In this document: positions 7,988 through 15,426 of the stretch, piece by piece
How positions within the stretch are numbered: the first letter of the stretch is position 1
Layout of the letters: the number at the start of each line of letters is the position of its first letter
Source of the DNA: a virus
Lineage: Duplodnaviria > Caudoviricetes
Strand: one strand, 5' to 3'
DNA: 34,309 nucleotides
Virus record (IMG/VR): IMGVR_UViG_3300032303_000434
Coordinates: 1-34,309 of that record
Program-made: the position numbers and the translations under genes
Notes under the pieces: generated by a model
What the model was told of the DNA's origin: nothing
What the model saw: the letters and a program-made list of their open reading frames with translations, nothing else
The model's database searches: none

Positions 7988-8316
7988 GCCATGTCTCCCA
8001 TTGCTTGCGCCCACAGGCTATTGCAGATGTCGTTGTCGGTGTGATCTTGGATCAGTTCGCTACCATCGTCGGCATTGCCCCAGACAAGATAGAGACTGCC
8101 AGCGTAGTCACCATTGGTGTCTATCAAGCGCAGCACATCGCCGCCTGTGGTTGCCAGCGCATTCATGACAGGCGTCCACATAGTTGCGCGCTTAACAGTC
8201 CATTCTTCACCATCGTTAACGTCGATGGCGCAGCCAGCGGCTAATGCTGCGCGGACTAGCCGCCGCGCTACTGTGCGTTCACCTTGTGTGGTGTAGTGAT
8301 CAAAAGATGTAGTCAT
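7984..8316 (-). CDS. Hypothetical phage protein (110 aa)
   Basis: GGAGTGAG RBS, ATG at 8316 (MTTSFDHY...). Confidence 0.75.
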   Translation of the reverse strand: MTTSFDHYTTQGERTVARRLVRAALAAGCAIDVNDGEEWTVKRATMWTPVMNALATTGGDVLRLIDTNGDYAGSLYLVWGNADDGSELIQDHTDNDICNSLWAQAMGDMA

Positions 8317-8339
8317 GGTTCTCACTCCAGTTGAATTGA

Positions 8340-8531
8340 TTAATACTGATCTGCGCTCTGCGCCCACTGAACCTGACGCATCGCGTCAGACCAGCCAAGC
8401 TGCCAACGATTGTAGCGGCTATCGACTGAACTGTCGGTGCGCGAACTGTATGGACAGTCAGTGTCGCGTTCGCCGCGCCCAAATGCGCGATAGCCTGCGT
8501 GATACTCTACGTTGTCGGTTCTGATGGTCAT
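8340..8531 (-). CDS. Ribosome modulation factor (Rmf)/CrpP-like protein (63 aa)
   Basis: GY.A...G.....CPY...R..W..GW..A pattern matches the Rmf family signature; AGGAGTGAG RBS. Confidence 0.7.
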   Translation of the reverse strand: MTIRTDNVEYHAGYRAFGRGERDTDCPYSSRTDSSVDSRYNRWQLGWSDAMRQVQWAQSADQY

Positions 8532-8555
8532 GTCACTCACTCCTGTTGAAAATGG

Positions 8556-8582
8556 TCTGCGTGACGAGCTGCGCCACGCAGA
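8556..8582 (-). other. Intergenic hairpin
   Basis: TCTGCGTGGCG-CAGCT-CGTCACGCAGA on - (11 bp, one G-U). Confidence 0.6.
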
Positions 8583-8588
8583 GTAGAT

Positions 8589-8807
8589 TTACCATTCGCC
8601 CGCCGAACGGACTTCGTCGCGCATCTCTGCCAGCGGCGCGAGAGCTTCGCGGACATTGTCGATTGCTTGCTTGATAGTGGAAGCGCCGTCTAAGCACTCC
8701 ATGATGTCGCCATCTTCCCAGCACTCCACGACATAGTCCCAGCCGTCTTTATTATAGTTTGCGTGGGCGTAATGGCGGACTGCGTTTATAAGGTCTTGTT
8801 CGTTCAT
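8589..8807 (-). CDS. Acidic hypothetical protein, first gene of the leftward operon (72 aa)
   Basis: AGGAGTGA RBS, ATG at 8807 (MNEQDLINAVRHYA...GWDYVVECW). Confidence 0.75.
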   Translation of the reverse strand: MNEQDLINAVRHYAHANYNKDGWDYVVECWEDGDIMECLDGASTIKQAIDNVREALAPLAEMRDEVRSAGEW

Positions 8808-8841
8808 GTCATTCACTCCTACAGCGTCATGCTGCGCCCTC

Positions 8842-8870
8842 ATTCTACACAATAAGAGGGTATATAAAAG
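8842..8870 (-). promoter_or_regulatory. Possible leftward (early) promoter
   Basis: TAGAAT -10 hexamer about 35 nt upstream of ATG 8807 in AT-rich DNA; the -35 is poor. Confidence 0.35.
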
Positions 8871-8931
8871 TCACTATTTTGCATCGCCATGTCGATTTCT
8901 GGGTTTGCGACAAATTATGTGGCATTTCTGC

Positions 8932-8989
8932 ACTACCCTCTAAAACCGATTTTAAGCCTCATACAGAGCGATTTGAGTTTGAGGGTAGT
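8932..8989. repeat. Inverted repeat / stem-loop
   Basis: ACTACCCTC (8932-8940) / GAGGGTAGT (8981-8989), extendable by AAA/TTT. Confidence 0.6.
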
Positions 8990-9019
8990 CTAGTATGGAA
9001 ACAGGTCGAGTCTGAAAAG

Positions 9020-9050
9020 GTTCTGGTTCTGTTCTGTTTCTGTTCTGTTT
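9020..9050. repeat. Short tandem repeat (GTTCT)n, about 5-6 imperfect units
   Basis: GTTCTGGTTCTGTTCTGTTTCTGTTCTGTTT. Confidence 0.75.
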
Positions 9051-9053
9051 TGC

Positions 9054-9432
9054 AAATGACGTCCAAATGACTACCAAAATGACTACCGGCATTTCGTCGT
9101 GCGATGAACCGAAAATGCCGGGCAATTATGGGACGTCAAATAGTCATTTTGGACGTCATTTTGGAGGGGCAAATGACGTCCCGAAAAATGGCTCGAATGC
9201 GCGGGTTACAGAGAATCGGACGTCAAATAGTCATAAAATAGATAAGAAGGTAAGTTTAAAAAAATGACTATATAATATAACCTATATGGTTTGTAGCACT
9301 CCATTCGTCGGCGACTTCAAGTTTGCGAAAAAATGACTTGATGCAAAAATGTCACACCTCCTTTTGTTCTCATGTTTGACGTTAACGTAAAGCATTCTCC
9401 GGTGACTTGGCGCACCATGACTATTTGACGTC
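9054..9432. repeat. Iteron-like array of AAATGAC(GTCC/TA) motifs in both orientations; putative replication origin or packaging site
   Basis: Copies at 9054, 9065, 9077, 9171, 9262 and 9331 (+); 9141 and 9151 (-); 16-mer GACGTCAAATAGTCAT at 9132 and 9219 and inverted at 9417. Confidence 0.75.
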
Positions 9433-9456
9433 TGTTACTGTGTTAATACAGTAACA
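9433..9456. repeat. Perfect 9-bp inverted repeat (operator-like)
   Basis: TGTTACTGT-GTTAAT-ACAGTAACA. Confidence 0.7.
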
Positions 9457-9700
9457 CACCTAGTGTATTAATATGTTAACACACCGACACACTAGCCAGC
9501 CAATATGTTTTTACTAATGCGAGTCAGTCGCAACAAGGGAAAGGTCACGCGTTAATCTGCGAGACTGTTTTAAGCTGGCCGCCGGCTGGCATGGGGAGGG
9601 GGGTGGCAGGGCCGAGCGCCGCGTGGCTGACACGGTCACGGGTCGCAAACAATTTTTATTTTTTTTAAAAAAGGTTATTGCACCCCTGCACCAAAGCCTG

Positions 9701-9729
9701 TTGCGTATCTGCGTCCAGTAGATTATTGT
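9701..9729 (+). promoter_or_regulatory. Putative sigma70 promoter for the terminase operon (leaderless mRNA geometry)
   Basis: TTGCGT-17 bp-TATTGT; ATG 9737 begins 7 nt after the -10; no SD; upstream A/T tract at 9651-9672. Confidence 0.5.
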
Positions 9730-9736
9730 ACGCGCA

Positions 9737-10234
9737 ATGACATTTTACTCACTGCCATTTACGCCAGAGCGGACGCAGGCCACCGAGTCGCGGCTTGAGG
9801 CAATCTATGAAGCTGCCCGCTACGGGCTAAAAGGTGATAGCCTCGCTATGGCGGCTGGCATGACCCCGCGGCAGTTCCGCATATTGGCAGAGCAAGACCC
9901 GCTGGTTGAAATGGCTGAGATCAAGGGGCGTAGCGACGGCGAGTACACCGCCGGCAAGACTATGTACGAAGCTGCGCGCGATGGCGACGCTAAGGCCGCG
10001 CTGGAAATACTCAAGCACCAGCACGGCTGGGTAGCCAAGCAACAGATTGACGTAAACATCGACCAACAGATAAGCATCACAGGCGCACTGGAAAAAGCAC
10101 AGACGCGCGTCATCGAAGGGCTGTACACTGAACTGCCCCGACTAGAGGATAACTCCAATGCAAGCACCGATATATTCAGCCCAAGACGAGATGGAGTTGA
10201 TGGCAAGGTTGTGGTCCCCCAGCCTGAAAGATGA
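9737..10234 (+). CDS. terS: Terminase small subunit (putative)
   Basis: Position immediately before terL; HTH-like LAMAAGMTPRQF; GD.KAA..ILKH.HGW..KQ.IDV tail typical of small terminases. Confidence 0.7.
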   Translation: MTFYSLPFTPERTQATESRLEAIYEAARYGLKGDSLAMAAGMTPRQFRILAEQDPLVEMAEIKGRSDGEYTAGKTMYEAARDGDAKAALEILKHQHGWVAKQQIDVNIDQQISITGALEKAQTRVIEGLYTELPRLEDNSNASTDIFSPRRDGVDGKVVVPQPER

Positions 10235-11693
10235 CCCACTAGCATTTGTCCTGTACACATTCCCGTGGGGCCAAGCTGGCACACCGTTAGAAAACTTTCC
10301 CGGTCCGCGTAAATGGCAGCGGCAGATACTTGCCGACTTGCGCGACCACATCAAAGAGAACCAAGGCAAGGTAGACTTCAGCACGTTTCGTGAGTCAGTC
10401 GCCTCTGGCCGTGGTATTGGTAAATCCGCACTTGTCTCATGGTTGGTCATCTGGATGCTGTCATCAAGAATCGGTTCGACCACCATCGTGTCGGCAAACT
10501 CCGAAGCGCAGTTGCGGTCGGTAACATGGGCAGAAATTACTAAGTGGCTGGCGATGAGTCTTAACAGTCACTGGTTCGAGATAGCAGCCACACGCATCAT
10601 GCCAGCCAAGTGGCTGACGGAACTGGTCGAACGCGACTTAAAGAAAGGCACGCGCTATTGGTCAGTCGAAGGCCGGCTGTGGTCAGAAGAAAACCCTGAC
10701 GCCTACGCTGGTGTCCACAACTTCGACGGTGTGATGTTGATCTTCGACGAAGCCAGCGGTATACCCGACAGCATATGGTCCGTATCGGATGGTTTCTTCA
10801 CCGAAAATACACCACATCGGTTTCATCTGGCGTTCTCCAACCCGCGGCGCAACACAGGGTATTTTTACGAGACGTTCCACAGCAAGCGGGCGTTCTGGTC
10901 AACACGCGTCATAGACGCCCGTGATGTCGAGGGGACAGACAAAAACCTGTACCAGCGCATCATCGACGAGTACGGGCCAGACAGTTACCAAGCCAGTGTC
11001 GAAGTCTACGGTAACTTCCCATCAGAAGGTGACGATCAGTTCATCGGCAGCAATCTGGTTGATGATGCCATGAAGCGGCCATCTATTAAGGATGACACAG
11101 CGCCCATCGTCATAGGTGTTGACCCTGCACGCTTCGGGGCTGACGCTACTGTCATCGCCGTGCGCCAAGGGCGTGACATCTTGGAACTGCGGAGACACCG
11201 CGGGGCTGACACGATGGAAGTGGCCGGCTACGTCATCGACGCGATAGAGCAGTTCAAGCCTGCACTGGTCTGCATCGACGAAGGCGGGCTAGGCGCAGGC
11301 GTCGTGGATCGGCTGAAGGAACAGCGGTACAAGATACGCGGCGTCAACTTCGGCAACAAAGCTAAGAACCAGATTATGTGGGGCAACAAGCGCGCAGAGA
11401 TGTGGGGCGCCATGCGTGACTGGCTACGCACAGGCCACATACCTAACGACAGGTTTCTGAAGACAGACCTTATCAGCCCGCGTACCAAGCCTGACAGCAA
11501 GGGTACGCTGTTCTTAGAAAGCAAGAAAGATATGAAGTCACGCGGGCTGGCCTCGCCTGACGCAGCGGACGCCATAGCGGTCACGTTTGCCTTTCCTGTG
11601 GCGTCAAGGGATTTTCGACAAGGACGCGTTGACAGACGCACATCAAACGGGTATTCTTCCGCTGGAATATCTACAAGCTGGATGGGCAGTTAA
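10158..11693 (+). CDS. terL: Terminase large subunit
   Basis: Walker A SGRGIGKS, Walker B LIFDEA, coupling motif SNP, nuclease GVDPA...IDEGG...SPDAADA. Confidence 0.95.
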   Translation: MQAPIYSAQDEMELMARLWSPSLKDDPLAFVLYTFPWGQAGTPLENFPGPRKWQRQILADLRDHIKENQGKVDFSTFRESVASGRGIGKSALVSWLVIWMLSSRIGSTTIVSANSEAQLRSVTWAEITKWLAMSLNSHWFEIAATRIMPAKWLTELVERDLKKGTRYWSVEGRLWSEENPDAYAGVHNFDGVMLIFDEASGIPDSIWSVSDGFFTENTPHRFHLAFSNPRRNTGYFYETFHSKRAFWSTRVIDARDVEGTDKNLYQRIIDEYGPDSYQASVEVYGNFPSEGDDQFIGSNLVDDAMKRPSIKDDTAPIVIGVDPARFGADATVIAVRQGRDILELRRHRGADTMEVAGYVIDAIEQFKPALVCIDEGGLGAGVVDRLKEQRYKIRGVNFGNKAKNQIMWGNKRAEMWGAMRDWLRTGHIPNDRFLKTDLISPRTKPDSKGTLFLESKKDMKSRGLASPDAADAIAVTFAFPVASRDFRQGRVDRRTSNGYSSAGISTSWMGS

Positions 11694-11959
11694 TGGCAGG
11701 CAAGAAAAAATCTGTGTCGTTGTCTGTAGGCCGTGGCGAGAAATTGCCTGTGTCTAAAGGCGCGGGACTGACTGCGGCTGGTAGAGCCAAGTATAATGCT
11801 GCAACTGGCAGCAACCTAAAGGCGCCTGCGCCCAGCCCAAAGACAAAGGCTGACGCAGGACGCAAAGCGTCATTTTGTGCCCGCATGGGTGCAGTAGCTG
11901 CTAAGGCTAAAGATGGCGAACGTGCCAAAGCTAGTTTGAAAAGGTGGAAATGCCCATGA
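11693..11959 (+). CDS. Small Lys/Ala-rich basic protein (88 aa)
   Basis: GLTAAGRAKYN...RKASFCARM...SLKRWKC; coupled to terL. Confidence 0.75.
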   Translation: MAGKKKSVSLSVGRGEKLPVSKGAGLTAAGRAKYNAATGSNLKAPAPSPKTKADAGRKASFCARMGAVAAKAKDGERAKASLKRWKCP

Positions 11960-12114
11960 AACCCGGTCTATATGCCAACATCCATGCAAAGCAAAAGCGG
12001 ATTGCCGCTGGTTCAGGCGAAAAAATGCGTAAACCCGGCGCTAAGGGCGCTCCTACCGCTAAGGCTTTTAAAGAAAGCGCCAAGACAGCCAAACCAGCTA
12101 AGAAGGGTAAGTAA
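11956..12114 (+). CDS. Small Lys-rich protein (52 aa; not in ORF track)
   Basis: MKPGLYANIHAKQKRIAAGSGEKMRKPGAKGAPTAKAFKESAKTAK...; ATGA overlap. Confidence 0.7.
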   Translation: MKPGLYANIHAKQKRIAAGSGEKMRKPGAKGAPTAKAFKESAKTAKPAKKGK

Positions 12115-12336
12115 ATGCCAGCCAATAAATACACACGCGAACTGTACAAAGTCGGTACTGTAAAGGCTGAAAAAGCCGCGATGGCTAACAGCGATCCTGC
12201 CCGCAAAATGGCAGCCATGAAGATTATGGCGCAAGAAGGTTCAACAAACGCAGCCGGCGGACGCCCAGCCAAACCACCACAGGTCATCCGCACAACGGTA
12301 AACATGAAGTCAACACCAGCGGCAAAGAAACGCTAA
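12115..12336 (+). CDS. Small basic protein (73 aa)
   Basis: Abuts the upstream stop; Lys/Ala-rich. Confidence 0.6.
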   Translation: MPANKYTRELYKVGTVKAEKAAMANSDPARKMAAMKIMAQEGSTNAAGGRPAKPPQVIRTTVNMKSTPAAKKR

Positions 12337-12337
12337 A

Positions 12338-12478
12338 GTGCCGTTGGTTAAATCACCTAGCAAAGCCGCGTTCCGCAAAAACATCAAGGCTGAAGTAAAT
12401 GCCGGTAAACCTGTCAAACAGGCAGTTGCAATCGCGTATAGCGTAAAACGTGAATCCGCTAAAAAAGGTAAAAAGTAA
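12338..12478 (+). CDS. Small basic protein (46 aa; not in ORF track)
   Basis: GTG start; MPLVKSPSKAAFRKNIKAE...GKPVKQAVAIAYS...KKGKK. Confidence 0.7.
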   Translation: MPLVKSPSKAAFRKNIKAEVNAGKPVKQAVAIAYSVKRESAKKGKK

Positions 12479-12483
12479 CCACA

Positions 12484-14736
12484 ATGGCTGATCCGACAGG
12501 TATTAACAAAGTAGGCGACGTAGCTGACATCGGTAGCGATCCAGCGAACACACGCGGCGATCCAGATACAATGGCAACTATGCGCCATCGTATGCAGATG
12601 GGTATGGCTGCGTTGTCGGACAGCCGTGAAGATGAATTAGACGATTTGCGGTTTATGGCCGGCAGCCCTGACAACCAGTGGCAGTGGCCAGCCGACGTAC
12701 TGGCAACCCGCGGTGCGGTGCAAGGCCAGACGATCAACGCACGGCCATGCCTTACAATCAACAAACTGCCGCAGCACGTCCGTCAGGTTACGAACGAACA
12801 GCGCCAAAACCGCCCAGCCGGTAAAGTAATACCCGTTGATGATAACGCTGACATTGAAGTGGCAGCGATTTTTGATGGCGTTGTGCGGCACATTGAATAC
12901 ATATCCGACGCAGATGTTGCTTACGACACTGCCTGCGACAATCAGGTAACGTATGGTGAAGGTTACATTCGTCTGATTACAGAATATTGTAGTGAAGAAA
13001 CCTTTGACCAAGACGTTCGCATTATGCGCGTTCGCAACTCGTTTAGCGTTTACATGGACCCTACAATCCAAGACCCATGCGGCTCTGACGCTGAATGGTG
13101 CTTTGTCACGCAAGACATGACCAAAGAAGAGTATGAACGCGAATTTCCAGACGCGTCACCTATCTCGTCAATTATGTCCACCGCCGTTGGCGATGAAAGC
13201 CTGTCCGCATGGCTTGACGAAGACACTGTCCGCATCGCGGAGTATTTTTACTACAAACGCAAGCGCGAAACGCTGAATCTGTATCCAGATAACGTATCTG
13301 CGTTCAAAAACACCGACATGGATAAGCAACTGCGCGCCATGTACGGCAAACCTGTTCGCACACGCGAAGTAGACCGCAAAAAAGTCATGTGGATGAAGAC
13401 CAACGGCTATGATGTGCTTGATGAGCGCGAGTGGCCGGGCAGTTGGATACCCGTCGTGCGCGTTGTAGGCAACGAATTTGAAGTGCAAGGCCAAATTTAC
13501 GTGTCTGGCCTAGTTCGCAACGCCAAAGACGCGCAGCGGATGTACAATTATTGGACCAGCCAAGAGGCAGAAATGCTTGCATTGGCTCCAAAAGCGCCAT
13601 TTATTGCATACGGCGGCCAGTTTGAAGGTTACGAACAGCAGTGGAAGACTGCCAACACGACCAACTGGCCGTATTTGGAAGTCAATCCAGACGTTACAGA
13701 CGGCGCTGGTAACACATTACCGCTTCCACAGCGTGCAGCACCACCGCTGCCACAAACAGGTCTGATACAAGCTAAAATGGGCGCTGGAGAGGACATCAAG
13801 TCCACCACCGGCCAGTATGACTCGTCTTTAGGCGCTCAAGGTAACGAACGGTCTGCAAAAGCTATTATTGCACGCGAAAAGCAGGGCGATGTTGGCACGT
13901 ATCACTATGTTGACAACCTTGCCCGTGCGATCCGTCACATTACCCGCCAGCTTGTTGATATTATCCCTAAGATTTATGACACGCAGCGGATTGCACGCAT
14001 CATCGGCGTTGACGGTGAAGTCAGCATGGTCAAAATGGACCCAATGCAACCAGAGCCGGTCAAGGAAATCCGCGACCAAAATGGCGGGCTGATTGAAAAA
14101 ATATACAACCCGTCAATCGGCACATACGACGTTATGGTTACTACTGGCCCCGGTTACATGACCAAGCGTCAAGAGGCGCTTGACGCCATGTCTACGATCC
14201 TGCAATCCAACCCGCAGCTTTGGACTGTGGCCGGCGATCTGTTCATTAAGAACATGGATTGGCCCGGAGCGCAGGAAATGGCGAAGCGGTTCAAGAAAAT
14301 CCTTGACCCGAAAGTCTTGGAAGAAGGCGATCAGTCGCCAGAAATCATGGCTGCCAAGCAACAGATTGAAGCCTTGTCGCAAGAACTCAACCGTGTCTCT
14401 GACATCATGGAGAATATCCAAGATAGCGCAGAGCAGCAGAAAATTTCCATCGACAAGTACAAAGCTGAAGTGCAAGCTTACGAAGCTGAAACCAAGCGCA
14501 TCTCTGCTGTACAAAACAGCATGACACCTGAACAAATTCAGGATATTGTCATGGGTACGATTGCAGGCGCACTGGATACAGGCGACTTGATCGGCGGTTC
14601 ACCTGAAATGCGCGAAGTACCGCAGATGGAAGAGCAGCCGGAAGAAAGCCACGCGATGCCAGACGGCCAGATGATGCCAAATAGCGAAATGCCAATGGAA
14701 ATGCCAGAACAAGCACCTGAAGGAATGATGTCATGA
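12484..14736 (+). CDS. Portal protein, P22 gp1-like
   Basis: 750 aa after terL; QW...RPCLTINKL, GLVRNAKDAQRMYNY, YDV.V.TGP...TKRQEA; C-terminal coiled-coil barrel. Confidence 0.92.
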   Translation: MADPTGINKVGDVADIGSDPANTRGDPDTMATMRHRMQMGMAALSDSREDELDDLRFMAGSPDNQWQWPADVLATRGAVQGQTINARPCLTINKLPQHVRQVTNEQRQNRPAGKVIPVDDNADIEVAAIFDGVVRHIEYISDADVAYDTACDNQVTYGEGYIRLITEYCSEETFDQDVRIMRVRNSFSVYMDPTIQDPCGSDAEWCFVTQDMTKEEYEREFPDASPISSIMSTAVGDESLSAWLDEDTVRIAEYFYYKRKRETLNLYPDNVSAFKNTDMDKQLRAMYGKPVRTREVDRKKVMWMKTNGYDVLDEREWPGSWIPVVRVVGNEFEVQGQIYVSGLVRNAKDAQRMYNYWTSQEAEMLALAPKAPFIAYGGQFEGYEQQWKTANTTNWPYLEVNPDVTDGAGNTLPLPQRAAPPLPQTGLIQAKMGAGEDIKSTTGQYDSSLGAQGNERSAKAIIAREKQGDVGTYHYVDNLARAIRHITRQLVDIIPKIYDTQRIARIIGVDGEVSMVKMDPMQPEPVKEIRDQNGGLIEKIYNPSIGTYDVMVTTGPGYMTKRQEALDAMSTILQSNPQLWTVAGDLFIKNMDWPGAQEMAKRFKKILDPKVLEEGDQSPEIMAAKQQIEALSQELNRVSDIMENIQDSAEQQKISIDKYKAEVQAYEAETKRISAVQNSMTPEQIQDIVMGTIAGALDTGDLIGGSPEMREVPQMEEQPEESHAMPDGQMMPNSEMPMEMPEQAPEGMMS

Positions 14737-15095
14737 GCGCCGCCGATTTTGTAGGTACACTATTTCTTGCGCGCGATGTAACCCATTCGACGCACTTGAA
14801 CACACGCAGCTATGCAAAACACAAAGCACTGCAAAAATTTTACGAAAACATAATTGGTTTAGCAGATGATTTTGCAGAGGCATATCAGGGAAAATATGGC
14901 CTAATTGGCCCTATTACGCTTATGACAGCTAAGAAGACTAACAACATTATTGAGTTTCTTGAAGGTCAGGTAGACGAACTTCAGGAAATGCGGTATAAAG
15001 TTGTCGATAAAGATTGCACCCCCTTGCAAAACATTATCGACGGAATTTTTGGGTTGTATTATGCAACCTTGTACAAACTGAAATTTTTGGCTTAG
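14733..15095 (+). CDS. Ferritin/Dps-like four-helix protein
   Basis: H..HLNT.SYA.HKAL..FY...D..AEAYQG.YG pattern; C-terminal LYKLKFL. Confidence 0.65.
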   Translation: MSAADFVGTLFLARDVTHSTHLNTRSYAKHKALQKFYENIIGLADDFAEAYQGKYGLIGPITLMTAKKTNNIIEFLEGQVDELQEMRYKVVDKDCTPLQNIIDGIFGLYYATLYKLKFLA

Positions 15096-15105
15096 GATAA
15101 TATGT

Positions 15106-15384
15106 ATGTCTGCTAATTTTACCGCTTTGAGTGCCACCGCACAAGTCAAGATTGGTCTTGGTAAGCTGAAGGGTATTTTTGTGTCTTCAGGTACTAGCCC
15201 TACTATCGCTGTTTACGACTCCGCAACGGCGTCTACTGGCGATCCGCTTGTTATGGCAACTTTTACTGGGGCTACCCCCGGTAACTATGTGTTTACTGGT
15301 GACGCAGACGGCGTAGTATTTAGCAAGGGTTTGTATGTCGTTCTTGGCGGCACAACACCTAAAGTTTCTGTTTTTTACGAATAA
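15106..15384 (+). CDS. Hypothetical (probable minor virion) protein
   Basis: AGGA RBS; Gly/Thr/Val beta-rich composition. Confidence 0.65.
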   Translation: MSANFTALSATAQVKIGLGKLKGIFVSSGTSPTIAVYDSATASTGDPLVMATFTGATPGNYVFTGDADGVVFSKGLYVVLGGTTPKVSVFYE

Positions 15385-15426
15385 TATCGTAATCAACATA
15401 TTACTTTTAACGTGTAAGGATATTTA

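Noticed and set aside
8879-9267. ORFs 8879-9070 and 9067-9267
   Set aside because: No RBS; the peptides are by-products of the GTTCT and ATGAC repeats in a control region
9054-9432. CRISPR-like array
   Set aside because: Repeats are only 8-17 bp, in both orientations and irregularly spaced; no cas genes
9443-9480. CtrA box (TTAA-N7-TTAA)
   Set aside because: TTAA half-sites are separated by 4 or 21 bp, not 7
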